NCBI RefSeq assembly: GCF_006345805.1
Contig: NC_043002.1
Span: 68,510,001 to 68,574,000, forward strand
DNA from: Octopus sinensis
Lineage: Eukaryota
DNA: 64,000 nucleotides
Direction of reading: 5' to 3'
The notes under the pieces were generated by a model. The model did no database searches and was not told the origin of the DNA. It saw only the letters and a program-made list of their open reading frames with translations. Both the position numbers and the translations under genes were made by a program. Below, in pieces: positions 1-11,640 of this stretch (within the stretch, counting starts at the first letter, position 1; each line of letters starts with the position of its first letter).

Positions 1-745
1 GAAAAGAAACCCTAGCATACATCCACCTGAAACTCTTCATATATTGCTAAAACTAATCTACTTTACACGTCCATTATCTAAACCAGCTTTCTGTGTCAAC
101 ATCTGCAAGTCTTTGTTATTTGTTCTTTTGCGTCCCCACTCCTCAGATAAATATGACTTTGTATAATGTAAATTTACAGCCTACAGCTGGATACTTTTCC
201 TAACACCAACCATTTCCCAGTACACTTTGTGGAAGGGCATCCAGCTACAGACACCATGCCAGAACAAACACTGGAACTTGGCAAAGTTCTCTGGTTTGTC
301 AGCTTCTGTTAAACCCTCCAACCCATGCCAGCATGGAAAATGAATGTTAAAGAGTGGTGGTGATGATGTCTCTCAATTTCTCTATGACTTCCTCTACTTT
401 GTTACTTGGTTAAAATAAAATGCCAGACTACGTACTACATAACTAAATAAGTAATCCGTACTTTGACCTTGGCTATTATCCCTAAGGTTCTCTCTGGTTT
501 ACTTTATATTCTTAATTTCCTTGTTTAAAATACTTTACAATTAGTTCTCTGCTGGTTTTATTTGGCAAGATTTTACTTAGACTAATTCAACCTCAATTTT
601 ACCAAATATTTCTTATAACATTCCTAAAATTGTTGGAAATTCTCAATGAAATGAAAAATTTTTCTAAATATGAAATATCAGTTTTTTTAAATTTACTTTT
701 TCATCATAAAAGTTAAAGCAATTTAGCAAGCCAAATAATATTTAC

Positions 746-806
746 CTGAGCACCACGTGAGTAAGAGCGAAATATGGTACAGAACCTTCCTTGTCCTGAT
801 GTATCC
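746..806 (-). CDS. Rab40: Rab40 coding exon 3 ([20 protein letters not shown])
   Basis: 61 nt between a ttctattttcatag acceptor and a CAG|GTAAA donor. Phase 2 start completes TGG (W). [19 protein letters not shown] is diagnostic of Rab40. The gene continues past position 1. Confidence 0.96.
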
Positions 807-1894
807 CTATGAAAATAGAACATTAAACCAGTTAGTAGAAAAAATAAATAAATGTGTATCTTCATCAATGAAACAAATTTTCATGGACATAGAAGCCTAT
901 TTATTAAAACTGAAGCATTGTGCCAAAATAAAAATAACCCTTGTATATTATATAAAATGAAAATAAAAATTTTCCTTTTTGTTTTCTCCCTAAGAAATTT
1001 ATTTTTGTAACAAGAAGAAAATTAAGAGTTAGGCTTACCACTTCAGAAAATATATTTAGTTGTGAACATGTAAGAATGTATGAATGTATGTTTTACATGA
1101 AGGTAACGATACATATCAAAAGGCAATGTTTTTGGTTAGCAAACATAATTTATTCCTTGATCACACATGAAGTAGTAGGCACATCAGAGATCTGCATTTA
1201 AGGAAGCAGGGTGTAGGAGACAAAGGTTAATTCCTTAATACACATCAAGGTAGTTAGCTCTGGTACTTGGTTGCAAATCTAAAATATCCAATGAGTTTTG
1301 CAGTGGTAATGAGGTGAGGTAGGAATCCCATAGCGTGTCAAGCTAGATGAGTCACAAGCTTGTAGACAGTTTAGTGTCTACATCTGGATGGGATAAAGCA
1401 AAGCAGTGACGAAAGGGAACCAGGTGCTAATGTTCCAACCTTTAGACAGTGACTGAATAATTGCTCTTGAAAAGCGTGTGTTGTTACTCTGGGTGGAAGT
1501 CGTCATGTGTATTCTGCTAGCTTTTAAAGGGCCGAGGAACGCAGCATTAATGTGCTGCTATGCTGGGGCAAAGTAATTCTATTGCCCTACCACACTTCTT
1601 TTAACTGAAGTAATTTTGATGTAACATTCAGAAGAATAAAGGAAAAACTGTTGCAACAAAACAAGGTGCTTTACCAAATCAAAAATATAGAATTTACATC
1701 ACACACTTTCAAAGAGATGAAAAGGGGCCATCTTTCAAAACACATACCAGATGTTAAATAAAAATAAAATCATCACTGATCATCTCTACACAAGCTAGAG
1801 ATATAAATATATAAAAAACTGTTAAGATAAACTCTGAGAAAATTAATAACTTTTAAAAGTACAAAAACACTGCTCAAAAAGAAATATCTCATTG

Positions 1895-2070
1895 CTTCAA
1901 AAGCCCTGTTGATGTTGCCTGAGTTTCTTCCGAAGCTGCCTTGTAACAAAGATCATGTCGTCAGTATCTTAGTCCCTGCAGAAGTCACATGGTGACTCTG
2001 GTGTATAGTATTCTGAAATTGATTGGACAAGTTTTACTGGCCTTCACGTTGTCCAAGGTCCTCTCAGGAA
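1895..2070 (-). mobile_element. RTE-clade LINE reverse transcriptase fragment (degenerate)
   Basis: Translates PESPCDFCRD*DTDDMIFVTRQLRKKLRQHQQGF, matching the RTE RT motif PESQCGFR..R.T.DMIF..RQLQEKCREQ. Confidence 0.7.
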
Positions 2071-2133
2071 TACACAAGGGCAAACAGATTTAGCCCCCTT
2101 GATTTTGTAAAAAGTGATGTCAAGTTGTTTAGA

Positions 2134-2577
2134 TTAACCTTCATCAAGTAGACCTAAATATTCTTTTCTACTTTAGGCACAAGGCCCAAAATTTGGGGAG
2201 AGGGGTCCAGTCAATTAGATCGATCCTAGTATGCAACTGGTACTTAATTTATCGACCCCAAAAGGATGACAGGCAAACTCGACCTCAGTGGAATTTGAGC
2301 TCAGAATGTAAAGACAGACGAAATACTGCTAAGCATTTCGCCCAGCATGCTAACATTTCTGCCAGCTCACCACCTTCAGCAGACCTAAATACTGTACCTG
2401 TTTTACTTTCAAACCAGCCAGATCTGGCCTCTTACACCCACACAACAATGTCATTTTAAAAATAAATAACCACATCACTAAAATCTTGAAGCTACAAGAT
2501 AAGGCATGATTAATTCAAAACAGTGTGAATAAATAAGCATTAGATCTCACAGAGTGATTTGAATGCTAAAGGGTTAA
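2134..2577 (-). mobile_element. TTAA-type MITE family D, interrupted by a SINE-B copy
   Basis: Ends are TTAACC... and ...GCTAAAGGGTTAA. The SINE at 2161-2380 is flanked by an 11-bp duplication AGACCTAAATA (2150-2160 and 2381-2391). Confidence 0.7.
2161..2380 (-). mobile_element. tRNA-derived SINE group B
   Basis: Same head and gcctttcatcctttcggggtcgataaattaagtaccag body as more than 15 other copies; 11-bp TSD. Confidence 0.85.
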
Positions 2578-3329
2578 AACCATTCCAGCTACCACCATCT
2601 TTTCTGTTACTGGTACCTCAGACTACATCTAAATGTGTCCGTTAAGACAGCAGATTGGGGTTTGAGGAAGATTTAGTTGCTGTTTCTAAAAGGTCGAGCG
2701 ATCACATACAAATTACCTGTGTTGAACAATGGTGTACTCTGCACCCACCACACCCATGTTTACACTCATGTAAATGCAGGCTACAGAGTCGAGAAGCTTG
2801 CTTCCATCCATGTGGTCTTCAGTTCAGTACCACTGTGCAGCGCCTTCTAGTAAATCAAAGTCTTTTGACTGGACTTGGCAGATGGAAACTGAAAGAAGCC
2901 CATTGTGTGACTCCCCTGTATGCCTCCACTCCAATCAATTTTTAATCAATTTAAATTTTGGAGTTGTCTCCCTAACCTTTTTTTTTTTAAATACAAATTA
3001 TCATAAAAGCAAATGACTTCCCTCTTCAATGCATCTTTTATCTTTTTCTTATTTTAATTACTGGACTGAACCATGCAGGGGCTTGCCTTGCAGGCTTTAG
3101 TCAAACAAAATTAACCCCAGTTCTTATTTTGTAAGTCTGCTTTTGCTGAACCACTAAGTTACAGGGACATAAGCAAACCAACACCAGTTGTAAAGCAGAT
3201 GGAATAGGGACAAACACATACACATTATATATATACATATATATATAAATATACACATATATATAAATATACACATATATACATATATATACACATATAT
3301 ACATATATATATAAATATACACATATATA

Positions 3330-3773
3330 CAGGTTGTCGTTGACTTACAACCAATTGACTTTACAATTATTGACATGCCAGCTCCCAGCAGCAATAATAA
3401 AAAAATAGTCCAGTTGTATTCTAATGGATTTAATCTCTTAGAAATGAACTCATCTACGGATAACGTCAGCTAACAAACAACAGCGAAGGTCCACAGCCAA
3501 GCACCAGTCTACAATAGATTTTTATGTAAGTTTCACAACTGTTTCTTACACTACATTGTGTATTGTATTTGCATTCTTTGGTACTTTTCTATGAACAAAT
3601 AACACTGTTATAGTATAATACAGAATGCTGTGTGTGGCTTTAACCCGAGAATGTATCTTAAGAATGTAAAAATATAAAACAAAGCTAAGTAGGCCTATAG
3701 GCCAACTTATGACCAAATCAACTCCCGACCAGTCAGTTGGAACCAAATGTGGTCATAAGTTGACAACGACCTG
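3330..3773. mobile_element. Tigger/pogo-like MITE (Tc1-mariner superfamily)
   Basis: TA|CAGGTTGTCGTTGACTTACAACCA ... TGGTCATAAGTTGACAACGACCTG|TA. TIR matches 20/26 including the TA TSD; 13-bp subterminal hairpin caacttatgacca/tggtcataagttg. Confidence 0.75.
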
Positions 3774-3831
3774 TATGTGTGTGTACATACATACATACAG
3801 ACATAAACACACACACACATATATACATACA

Positions 3832-4000
3832 TAGTTGAAATTTACAGGAAAACAAAAGATGAAGACAGGTGTATTAGTTTGATGCTCAGGAAAGTGAGAC
3901 AGTCTTTTACGTTTCGAGCCTACGCTCTTCAACAGAAAGGAATAAGAGAAAATAAACAGAGGGAATAAAAGCACTTGTGAATTTAGCGATACAACATATG
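3832..4000 (-). mobile_element. Penelope-like terminal-repeat remnant hosting the hammerhead motif
   Basis: About 170-bp non-microsatellite island between (TA/CA)n tracts, containing the hammerhead fold. The family assignment is inferred from that motif. Confidence 0.4.
3904..3939 (-). ncRNA. Minimal type I hammerhead ribozyme-like motif (Penelope/retrozyme type) with one core substitution
   Basis: Minus strand reads CTTT-CTGTTGA-A-GAGC GTAG GCTC-GAAAC-GTA-AAAG: 4-bp stem I, 4-bp stem II with tetraloop, palindromic ACGT stem III and GUA cleavage triplet. Core A6 is replaced by U. Confidence 0.6.
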
Positions 4001-4040
<40 letters not shown>

Positions 4041-4194
4041 CCTCCTTTTCCTTCCAACAGGGGTATCTATGTATCTACTCTACAGCAAGACACCTATCTC
4101 TGTCTCTCTAGACATTTAATCTCTTATCAACTAGCGCAAAGCCATACCCCCTATCAATACTATTCCCCTCTCGAATGAGAGGGAAGTAATATGA

Positions 4195-4410
4195 TGAGTT
4201 ACTTGGTGACTCTGTCAGTGATGGTGCCATGTAAAAAACACCCAGTCTGCTCTGTAAAGTGGTTGGCATTAGGAAGGGCATCCAGCTTTGGAAACCAGGC
4301 TGGAACAGATAATGGAGCCTGGTGCAGCTCCCGGCCTAACCAGCTCCTAGTAAACTGTCCAACTTTTGCCAGCATGGAAAATGAATGTTAAATGATGATG
4401 ATGGTGATGA
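4195..4410 (+). mobile_element. RTE LINE 3'-UTR-derived repeat (group C)
   Basis: Contains ggtgccatgtaaaaaacac, aggaagggcatccagc and a ccagcatggaaaatgaatgttaaatgatgatg tail. Confidence 0.75.
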
Positions 4411-4431
4411 TATATAAACACACACACAATG

Positions 4432-4666
4432 GGTTTTCAGAGGTTCTTATTTCTTTATTGCCCACAATGAGCTAAACATAGAGGAGACAAACGGATTAAG
4501 TTGATTACATTGACCCCAGTGCGTAACTGGTACTTAATTTATCGACCCCGAAAGGATGAAAGGCAAAGTTGACCTCGGCAGAATTTGAACTCAGAACACA
4601 GCGGCAGATGAAATACCACAAAGCATTTCACCCGACATGCTAATGTTTCTGCCAGTTCGCTGCCTT
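4432..4666 (-). mobile_element. SINE group B (alternative ttagccccttgtggg tail)
   Basis: Reverse-complement match to 11094-11325. Confidence 0.85.
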
Positions 4667-7479
4667 ATTGGGTGTTGAACAATGGTGTACTCTGCACCCA
4701 CCACACCCATATTTACACTCATGTAAATGCAGGCTACAGAGTCGAGAAGCTTGCTTTCCATCCATGTGATCTTGGGTTCAGTACCATTGTGCAGCACCTT
4801 CTAGTAAATCAAAGTCTTGTGACTGGACTTGGTAGATGGAAACTGAAAGAAGCCCATTGTGTGGGTTTTCAGAGTTTCTGTCAACCAAATTCATTGACAA
4901 GGCATCAGTTGAGCCAGGACTATAGCAGACATGCCCAAGGTGCTGAACAGGGAGACATAACCAAACAGCTATGCCTGCACCTAAATGTATAATTTTAATT
5001 GATTAGTGGTGTGTAGGATGGGTCAATCGTTACATTAAATATTGTTAGCTCCCATTTGACTATTAATATTTTACCTCAATCGCTTTATCTGCCATAACAC
5101 ATCTGAATTGTAAACTCTGAAACCCACCACCACAACCCACCTGATGCACTCGGTGTCTCTCCCCTCCTCTACTGCCACCACCACCGCTGCATCTGTTGTT
5201 AGACTCTTCAAACTCAGCAGTTAACTATTCATACAATATTTCCTCAGATGAACTACTGTTTTCTAGCCTATTGTTTTCCTTCTTATTTACTAACCTGCAA
5301 CAATTCAAATAGAACCTGCACTAAACTGTGAAGAAGACCCCCCCACTCCATGCCATCTCACCTAAATACTAACACCATGCCTAAAAGTAAACGATACCAT
5401 TATTCTTTAGAGACCTCCTGATGGTGAAAGTGTGAAACTTGAGAATTATATTACAGGGTTGCATAATGGAGAGATTATATTCTTTTTCTTCTTCTTCTTC
5501 TTATTATTATTATTATTTCATTGTGTGATAGAAAGAAGGGTGGGATGCAGAAATTGGTTTATGCTAAACACCTATTTACATGTCTCCTTCTAACCCATTT
5601 CAAGTTTTTTTTAATTTTTAAAACATGTTTCTTTTAATAGAGTCAGAGTGAGATGTGGAAAGAAACAGGGAAAAGAGAACTCCTCATGCATAAATATTAA
5701 TATTTCTGGGTTTACTTTTCATCAGCTGCATCATGATTATTAAAGGAGGAAAGTTTTTGTTAAATTTTAGAAATAGAAAAAGGGGACTGCAAAGAAAAAA
5801 AAAGGAAAAGAAAAGAAAAAGAAAAACAAATCTAGACCAAATTATAACCTACAACTTCAGTATAAAATTTTGTATGCTGTATGTGACGGGTTTGTTTTCA
5901 GCTTCTGAAAGCTTGTTCAGAAAAATCATTGGAAAAATTTGTCTAGTCACAATCCTTTTTGTAAAATCTAAAAGAGAAAGTTTTAGGGGTTGGGGAGCAA
6001 ACATTGTCTTTTTATACACAGTCATTATAAACAAAACAGAATGTCAGAATTAGACTCAGTAAGGCTGGGGGCTTTACTATCTCATCATTATTTTCAAGTT
6101 TCACTTTACTAATAGAAATAAAATGCAAAATAAAAGTCAAGCTATGACTGAACATGGATTATCTAATCCAGAATCTGATTAGATAATTTGACATAAAAAT
6201 ATAATATTTTTAAGTAACTCAACTAGTTTGTTAGATGAGCTGTATTATTTAAGTATTTTCTTAATCATAAAACTGCACTGCTTAGCAGCAATGTTCAATA
6301 TAACTACATAATACTTAACCACTGTGACGACAGCCTAAGAGGAAAATATAAAATATAAAAGTAAATAAAGCAGGTGATAAATCAATTGGAATCAAGTTAT
6401 AATGGAATGTATGAAATAAATTAATTGAGAAGAAGAGCAGGGTTTTTAAAAAATGCCTATGCACAGAAATGTTTAAAAAATGCCTATGCACAGAAATGTT
6501 TTCAGAATATTTCACATTTGAGTCATAAATCATAATTAACCCTTTCACATTAACAGTTTACACCATGTAATTTTGTCTGCCCTCGTTGAATGATGTAATT
6601 TAAAATTATTTAGTGCATTGCCTGATCACTTGCAAAGGATGCATTTTATGCTTGTGTTTGCAAGCATAATAATGATGCAAGCGGGTGTTTATTTTTTCCT
6701 TCTTCCTAGAAATCATACATGCATTGTTAACAAGTTATATAAACCTAATTAAAAGAACAAAAAAAGGCTTAAATTTGAATCAATGAAAGATTATACACTT
6801 TTGAAAAATAAAAATATCTTGTATTCTTTAATGCCCTGCCCTTATACATACATATATATAAGCACACACACACTGAAAATTTATGTAATAGAAACACAGT
6901 GGCTTAAATTAATATAGTGATTATTGTGGTTAGGACGATTACTAGGAAAACAAATGCAAAACTATCAGTTGGTCTCGGTTACACACACACACACACACAC
7001 AAAACCACTGCCACCACCACCACCACTTATTGTTTACCCGAACTATTATTCATTACACTTTCTAGAAGTGTAATTCTTAAAACATATCAGCCATTATTGT
7101 AAAGTAAATGATAGCTTTAACATCCCAGAATTTGATAGAGTTACCCTGAACTTGCGATAGATACATTAAATTCCACCTAAAATATGCTTTCACTATTCAA
7201 GAATAAGAGATAGCAACTAAATAAAAGAGATAAGGATGCCTCTGAATCAACACCTTGTGATAGAAAATGCTGATTGTGCCATTCCAGTGTGAAAGATATC
7301 ATATCATCATCATCTGCCCCCAAAATTTCTGCACAATGCTTCCTTGCAATGAAGTATATTGTTACCAAATCTAATTACATTGCTATTCATAAGAAGAATT
7401 GTCCTGATGGTTACCAAAGGCACACCAGAACAAGAAAATGGCCATAGCTTTAAAGATAAGAAACAATGGTGGACCATTC

Positions 7480-7800
7480 CTATCATCATCGTGTAACGTC
7501 CATTTTCCATGCTGGCATGGGTTGGACAGTTCAACTGGGGTCTGGGAAGCCAGGGGGCTGTACCAAGCCCCAATCTGATCTGGAAGTGCTTCTACAGCTG
7601 GATGCCCTTCCTAACACCAACCATTCTGAGAGTGTAGTGGGTGCCTTTTATGTGCCACTGGCACGGAAGCCAGTCGAAGCGGCACTGACATCAGCCACAT
7701 TCGGATGGTGCTTTTTATGTGCTACCGGCACAGGGCTCACAACTACAATTTCCATTTGATTTGATTTTGATATTGCTGATGTTGATAAAAACAACAATCC
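7480..7800 (-). mobile_element. RTE 3'-UTR repeat (group C)
   Basis: catcatc tail, gctggatgcccttcct core and gtgctttttatgtgcc units. Confidence 0.75.
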
Positions 7801-7819
7801 AATATGGAAATATCTGATA

Positions 7820-8218
7820 TTCTTTTCTACTCTAAGCACAAGACCCAAAATTTTCGGGGAGGGGGCTAGTCAATTAGAGTGACCCAGTATGCAGCTGGTA
7901 CTTAATTTATTGATCCTGAAAGGGTGAAAGGCAAAGTCAACCTTGGTGGAATTTGAACTCAGAACGTAAAGACAGATGAAATACCTATTTCTTTATTGCC
8001 CACAAGGGGCTAAACATAGAGGGGACAAACAAAGACAGACAAATGGATTAAGTCGATTATATCGACCCCAGTGCGTAACTAGTACTTATTTAATCAACCC
8101 TGAAAGGATGAAAAGCAAAGTCGACCTCGGCAGAATTTGAACTTAGAACGTAGCAGCTGACGAAATACTGCTAAGCATTTCGCCCAGCATGCTAACGATT
8201 CTGCCAGTTTGCCACCTT
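7820..8218 (-). mobile_element. Two tandem SINE group B copies
   Basis: Two successive aaggatgaaaggcaaagtc/gaatttgaactcagaacgt bodies with different tails. Confidence 0.8.
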
Positions 8219-9648
8219 ACAGAAATATCTGATATTGTTCTATGAGACAAGAAACAAAAGTCATGCACCATTACAGAAGTTAGCTGGCCAGCAGATATGT
8301 CTTGTTCTGGAACAAGAGAAAAATCTTTAGTGAACTATTAATCAGGTTGCTTAGAACTGTATTTAAAGAGTACAACCATTTAGTGAATAAAAGCACTATA
8401 TTTATTATGAGGTTCCCTCACATTTTGCCTAGTAACGAGTGGCAAAGAATTCTCTGGAGATTTTAGAAATATGTATGCAAAACACCAAAATTCAAGATGG
8501 CCAAGGCTTACGAAAAGCTAAGCACTGTTCTCTAACCATATGAGTCATGAGAAAATCTGATTGGTTAACGAGACATTAAATTAGAGACCATGCTTCAAGT
8601 AATTTGAACTTGCATTCTTTCTATTCAAGACACGTATTTAGTCTGATTCACTGTATGCCCAATACCGAAGTTATTTTTATATTACTTAAAAAGACTAAAT
8701 TTACATTTCTTGTCCTTGTGCTATATATGCCCAACTCCAACAAATGAGTCAAATTGACTTGAGTTGTATTTGAAGGAACACATGGCATAGAATTAATATT
8801 TGTGAGTTTCCAAGTTGCTCCAGGATAACAAAAGACGTAGAAGATTTTTTGTCTTTCAGGTTTTACAGAAATTCCTCCTGTAAGTGGTTGAAACTTTCAA
8901 AACATTCCAACCTTTCTAACATGACTCTGAACACAGACCTAAACTGGAATTGCTGTATGATTTGCCATCAAGATGTTGCTGAACATTTGAAATGCCTCTT
9001 GCAGAGCCTTGGTTCAAGGGGTCACAAGACAGATGCCTACACATCATATCTTAAAGGGCAGTTCCAGGCAACTGGTGCTCTTACAGTGGAACCTATTCAA
9101 GTAGTGGTGACAATGTTGACAAATTGGATTGCATTCTGTTTTTTAGCATAAATGTTGCTATTTTAAATACGTTAGTGAGCACAGGTAAAAAGGATGAGGG
9201 AGGCTACAGCCTAACACACATATATATATATATTATATCTTTTACTTGTTTCAATCATTAGACAACAACCATGTTGGGCACCACTTGAAGAATTATAGCT
9301 GAAATTGACACTAGTACCTTTCTATCAGTCTCTTTTGCCAAACCACTAAGTTATAGGGATGTAAACACATCAACACTGGTTTACAAGTGGTGGTTGGGGA
9401 CAAGCACAAAGACACACTTGAAACAGTCATGTCTTCCCTATCTCTAAACATATCCCGCCAACTCTTATGGAACATCCCCCTCTATCTCCTCTGTATTACT
9501 TGCACTCTTCACCCAATTGCTCCCTAAGGGTAGGTCTCTACATCTCCAACAACATTTATTTCTTTCTCTCTCATTTAGACTGATCCTCTATCATACTCTA
9601 ACCTCTTGCCCAGCACACAGTCACTTACTTCAGTTCCACTCCCCACTG

Positions 9649-10062
9649 CTGCTGGTGCCACATAAAAAGCCCCTATACTGGAGCCACATGAAAAGCACTT
9701 GTGCTGGAACCACATAAAAAGCACCTGTGATAGTGCCACATGAAAATCACGTATGCTGGTGTCACATAAAAAGCACCCATGGTGGTGCCACATAAAAAGC
9801 ACCTGTGCTGGTGCCACATAAAAAGCACTTGTGCTGGTGCCACATAAAAAGCACTTGTGCTGGTACCACATAAAAAGCATTTGTGCTGGTGCCACATAAA
9901 AAGCATTTGTGCTGGTGCTACATAAAAAGCATCTGTGCTGGAGCCACATAAAAAGCACTTGTGCTGGTATCACACAAAAAAATTCCCTATGCCGGTCCCA
10001 CATAAAAAAGCACCTATGCTGGACCCACATAAAAAGCACCTGTGCTGATGCCACATTAAAAA
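9649..10062 (+). repeat. 26-bp minisatellite (GTGCTGGTGCCACATAAAAAGCACTT)n, about 15-16 units, inside a group C element
   Basis: Direct tandem period of 26 with no spacers. It accounts for the cycling APAQVLFMW/HQHKCFLC translations in the ORF track. Confidence 0.9.
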
Positions 10063-10305
10063 AAAAAAATCCGGTACTCTGTAAAGTGGTTGGTGTTAGG
10101 AAGGACATTGAGCTGTAGAAACCTTGCCAAAACAACAATTGGAGCCTGATGCTTGAAGTGGTAAGAAAGGATCTTCAGATGCTGAGCCTCACAGAGGAGA
10201 TGACAAGGGACTGAGACTTCTGGCAACTGGCTCCAGCTTGCCAGCTCTTGTCAAATCACCCAACCCATGCTACCATGGAAAACAGATATTAAATGATGAT
10301 GATGA
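9649..10305 (+). mobile_element. RTE 3'-UTR repeat (group C) with expanded minisatellite and an internal RTE ORF2 fragment
   Basis: The array is followed by the gtggttggtgttaggaagg core and a (TGA)n tail. 10155-10226 encodes EVVRKDLQMLSLTEEMTRD*DFWQ. Confidence 0.75.
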
Positions 10306-10674
10306 TACACACACACACACACACACACATAAATATGCTCGAAGTTCTGATGCTTTGTAAGTCATGCTTTGAACTAATTTGAATTTAAACATGTGTTTCC
10401 GTCATACCAAAATATTTATACTCAATTCTATCTGTCACATTCCATTACACACATTCTTATCTGTCTTGTGCCACTGCTGCCATTCACTGTAACACTTACC
10501 ATATGAATCACACAGTCGGTTTATTATATACAATAATATAAGTAAATTTATCATCTGCATATATTGACATTCCTGAAATACATTTAGCAAACACAAATTC
10601 TAACACCACATGGTCTTATGTAACAGTGAATTTATATATATATACATGTGTGTATATATATACACACACACACA

Positions 10675-10993
10675 CTCTTTTACTCGTTTCAGTCATTTGA
10701 CTGTGCCCATACTGGAGCACTGTCTTAAAGGGTTATTAGTCAGAGAAATGGTCTCTTTTGCTGAGCTACCAGCATCAGTTGTTGAACAATGGTAGGGGGA
10801 CAAACACAGACACACACACACACACACATACATACAACAGGCTTCTTTCAGTTTCTGCCTACCAAATCAACTTAGAGGGCTTTGGTTGACCCGAGGCTAT
10901 AGTAGAAGACACTTGCTCAAGGTGCCACGCAGTGGGACTGAATGCAGAACCATGTGGTTGGGAAGCAAACTTCTTACCACACAGCCATGCCTG
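10675..10993 (-). mobile_element. tRNA-derived CORE-like SINE group A
   Basis: Head ggcatggctgtgtggtaagaag, central ggcaccttg(g)gcaagtgtctt, internal (CA/TA)n, tail gactgaaacgagtaaaagag. Confidence 0.85.
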
Positions 10994-11093
10994 TACCTAT
11001 TTACACCGGTTTAGCATCTATTTGACTATTCCAAGGATAGTAAAATCCCAAGGCATGGCTGTGACCAAAGATGATTGTTTCGCAACTATTGCA

Positions 11094-11325
11094 TGGCGGC
11101 GAGCTGGCAGAAACATAAGCACGCCGGGCGAAATGCTCAGCGTTATTTCGTCTGCTGTTACGTTCTGAGTTCAAATTCCGCCGAGGTCAACTTTGCCTTT
11201 CATCCTTTCGGGGTCGATAAATTAAGTACCAGTTACGCACTGGGGTCGATGTAATCGACTTAATCCCTTTGTCTGTCCTTGTTTGTCCCCTCTGTGTTTA
11301 GCCCCTTGTGGGTAGTAATGAAATA
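11094..11325 (+). mobile_element. SINE group B, CpG-rich (young-looking) copy
   Basis: Head ggcggcgagctggcagaaac...gttctgagttcaaattccgccgagg with a B-box-like GTTCAAATTCC; CpGs retained. Confidence 0.9.
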
Positions 11326-11640
11326 TATTGCATGGCATCTTGATTAAGTGTCTTCTACTATAGCTCTAATCTTACCAAAGTTTTGTGAGTGGATTTGATA
11401 GCTGGAAACTGAAAGAAGTCCGTTTTGTGTGTGTATGTTTGTCCACACACCCCACTACTTGACTACTGTGTTGGTTTATGTCCCCATAACTTAGGAGTTT
11501 GGCAAAAGAGACTGATAGAATAAGTACCAGACTTTAAAAAAAAATTAAGTTGTGGAGTCAATTTGTCTAACTAAAAATAAAACTCTTTAAAACAGTGCCC
11601 CAGCAAGACTACAGTCTTATGAATGAAACAAGTAAAAGAT
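11326..11640 (+). mobile_element. SINE group A, headless
   Basis: Runs from aagtgtcttctactatagc to gaaacaagtaaaaga. Confidence 0.75.

Noticed and set aside
1-745. Rab40 exon 4
   Set aside because: No G.ILVYDI..WSF-type sequence is found on the minus strand here, so it must lie outside the window.
3101-3394. YI/CI-rich ORFs here and at about 12350, 22190, 35916 and 51684
   Set aside because: These are translations of (TA)n/(CA)n microsatellites.
5410-5460. Hammerhead-like CTGATGG...GAAAC
   Set aside because: The core is mismatched and stems I and II cannot be formed.
6445-6498. 27-bp perfect tandem duplication
   Set aside because: Two copies only; an ordinary slippage event.
9649-10062. 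CRISPR-like array or repeat-protein ORF (9575-10138, 187 aa)
   Set aside because: The units are directly tandem with no unique spacers, there are no cas genes, the context is eukaryotic, and the 26-bp period only cycles through reading frames.
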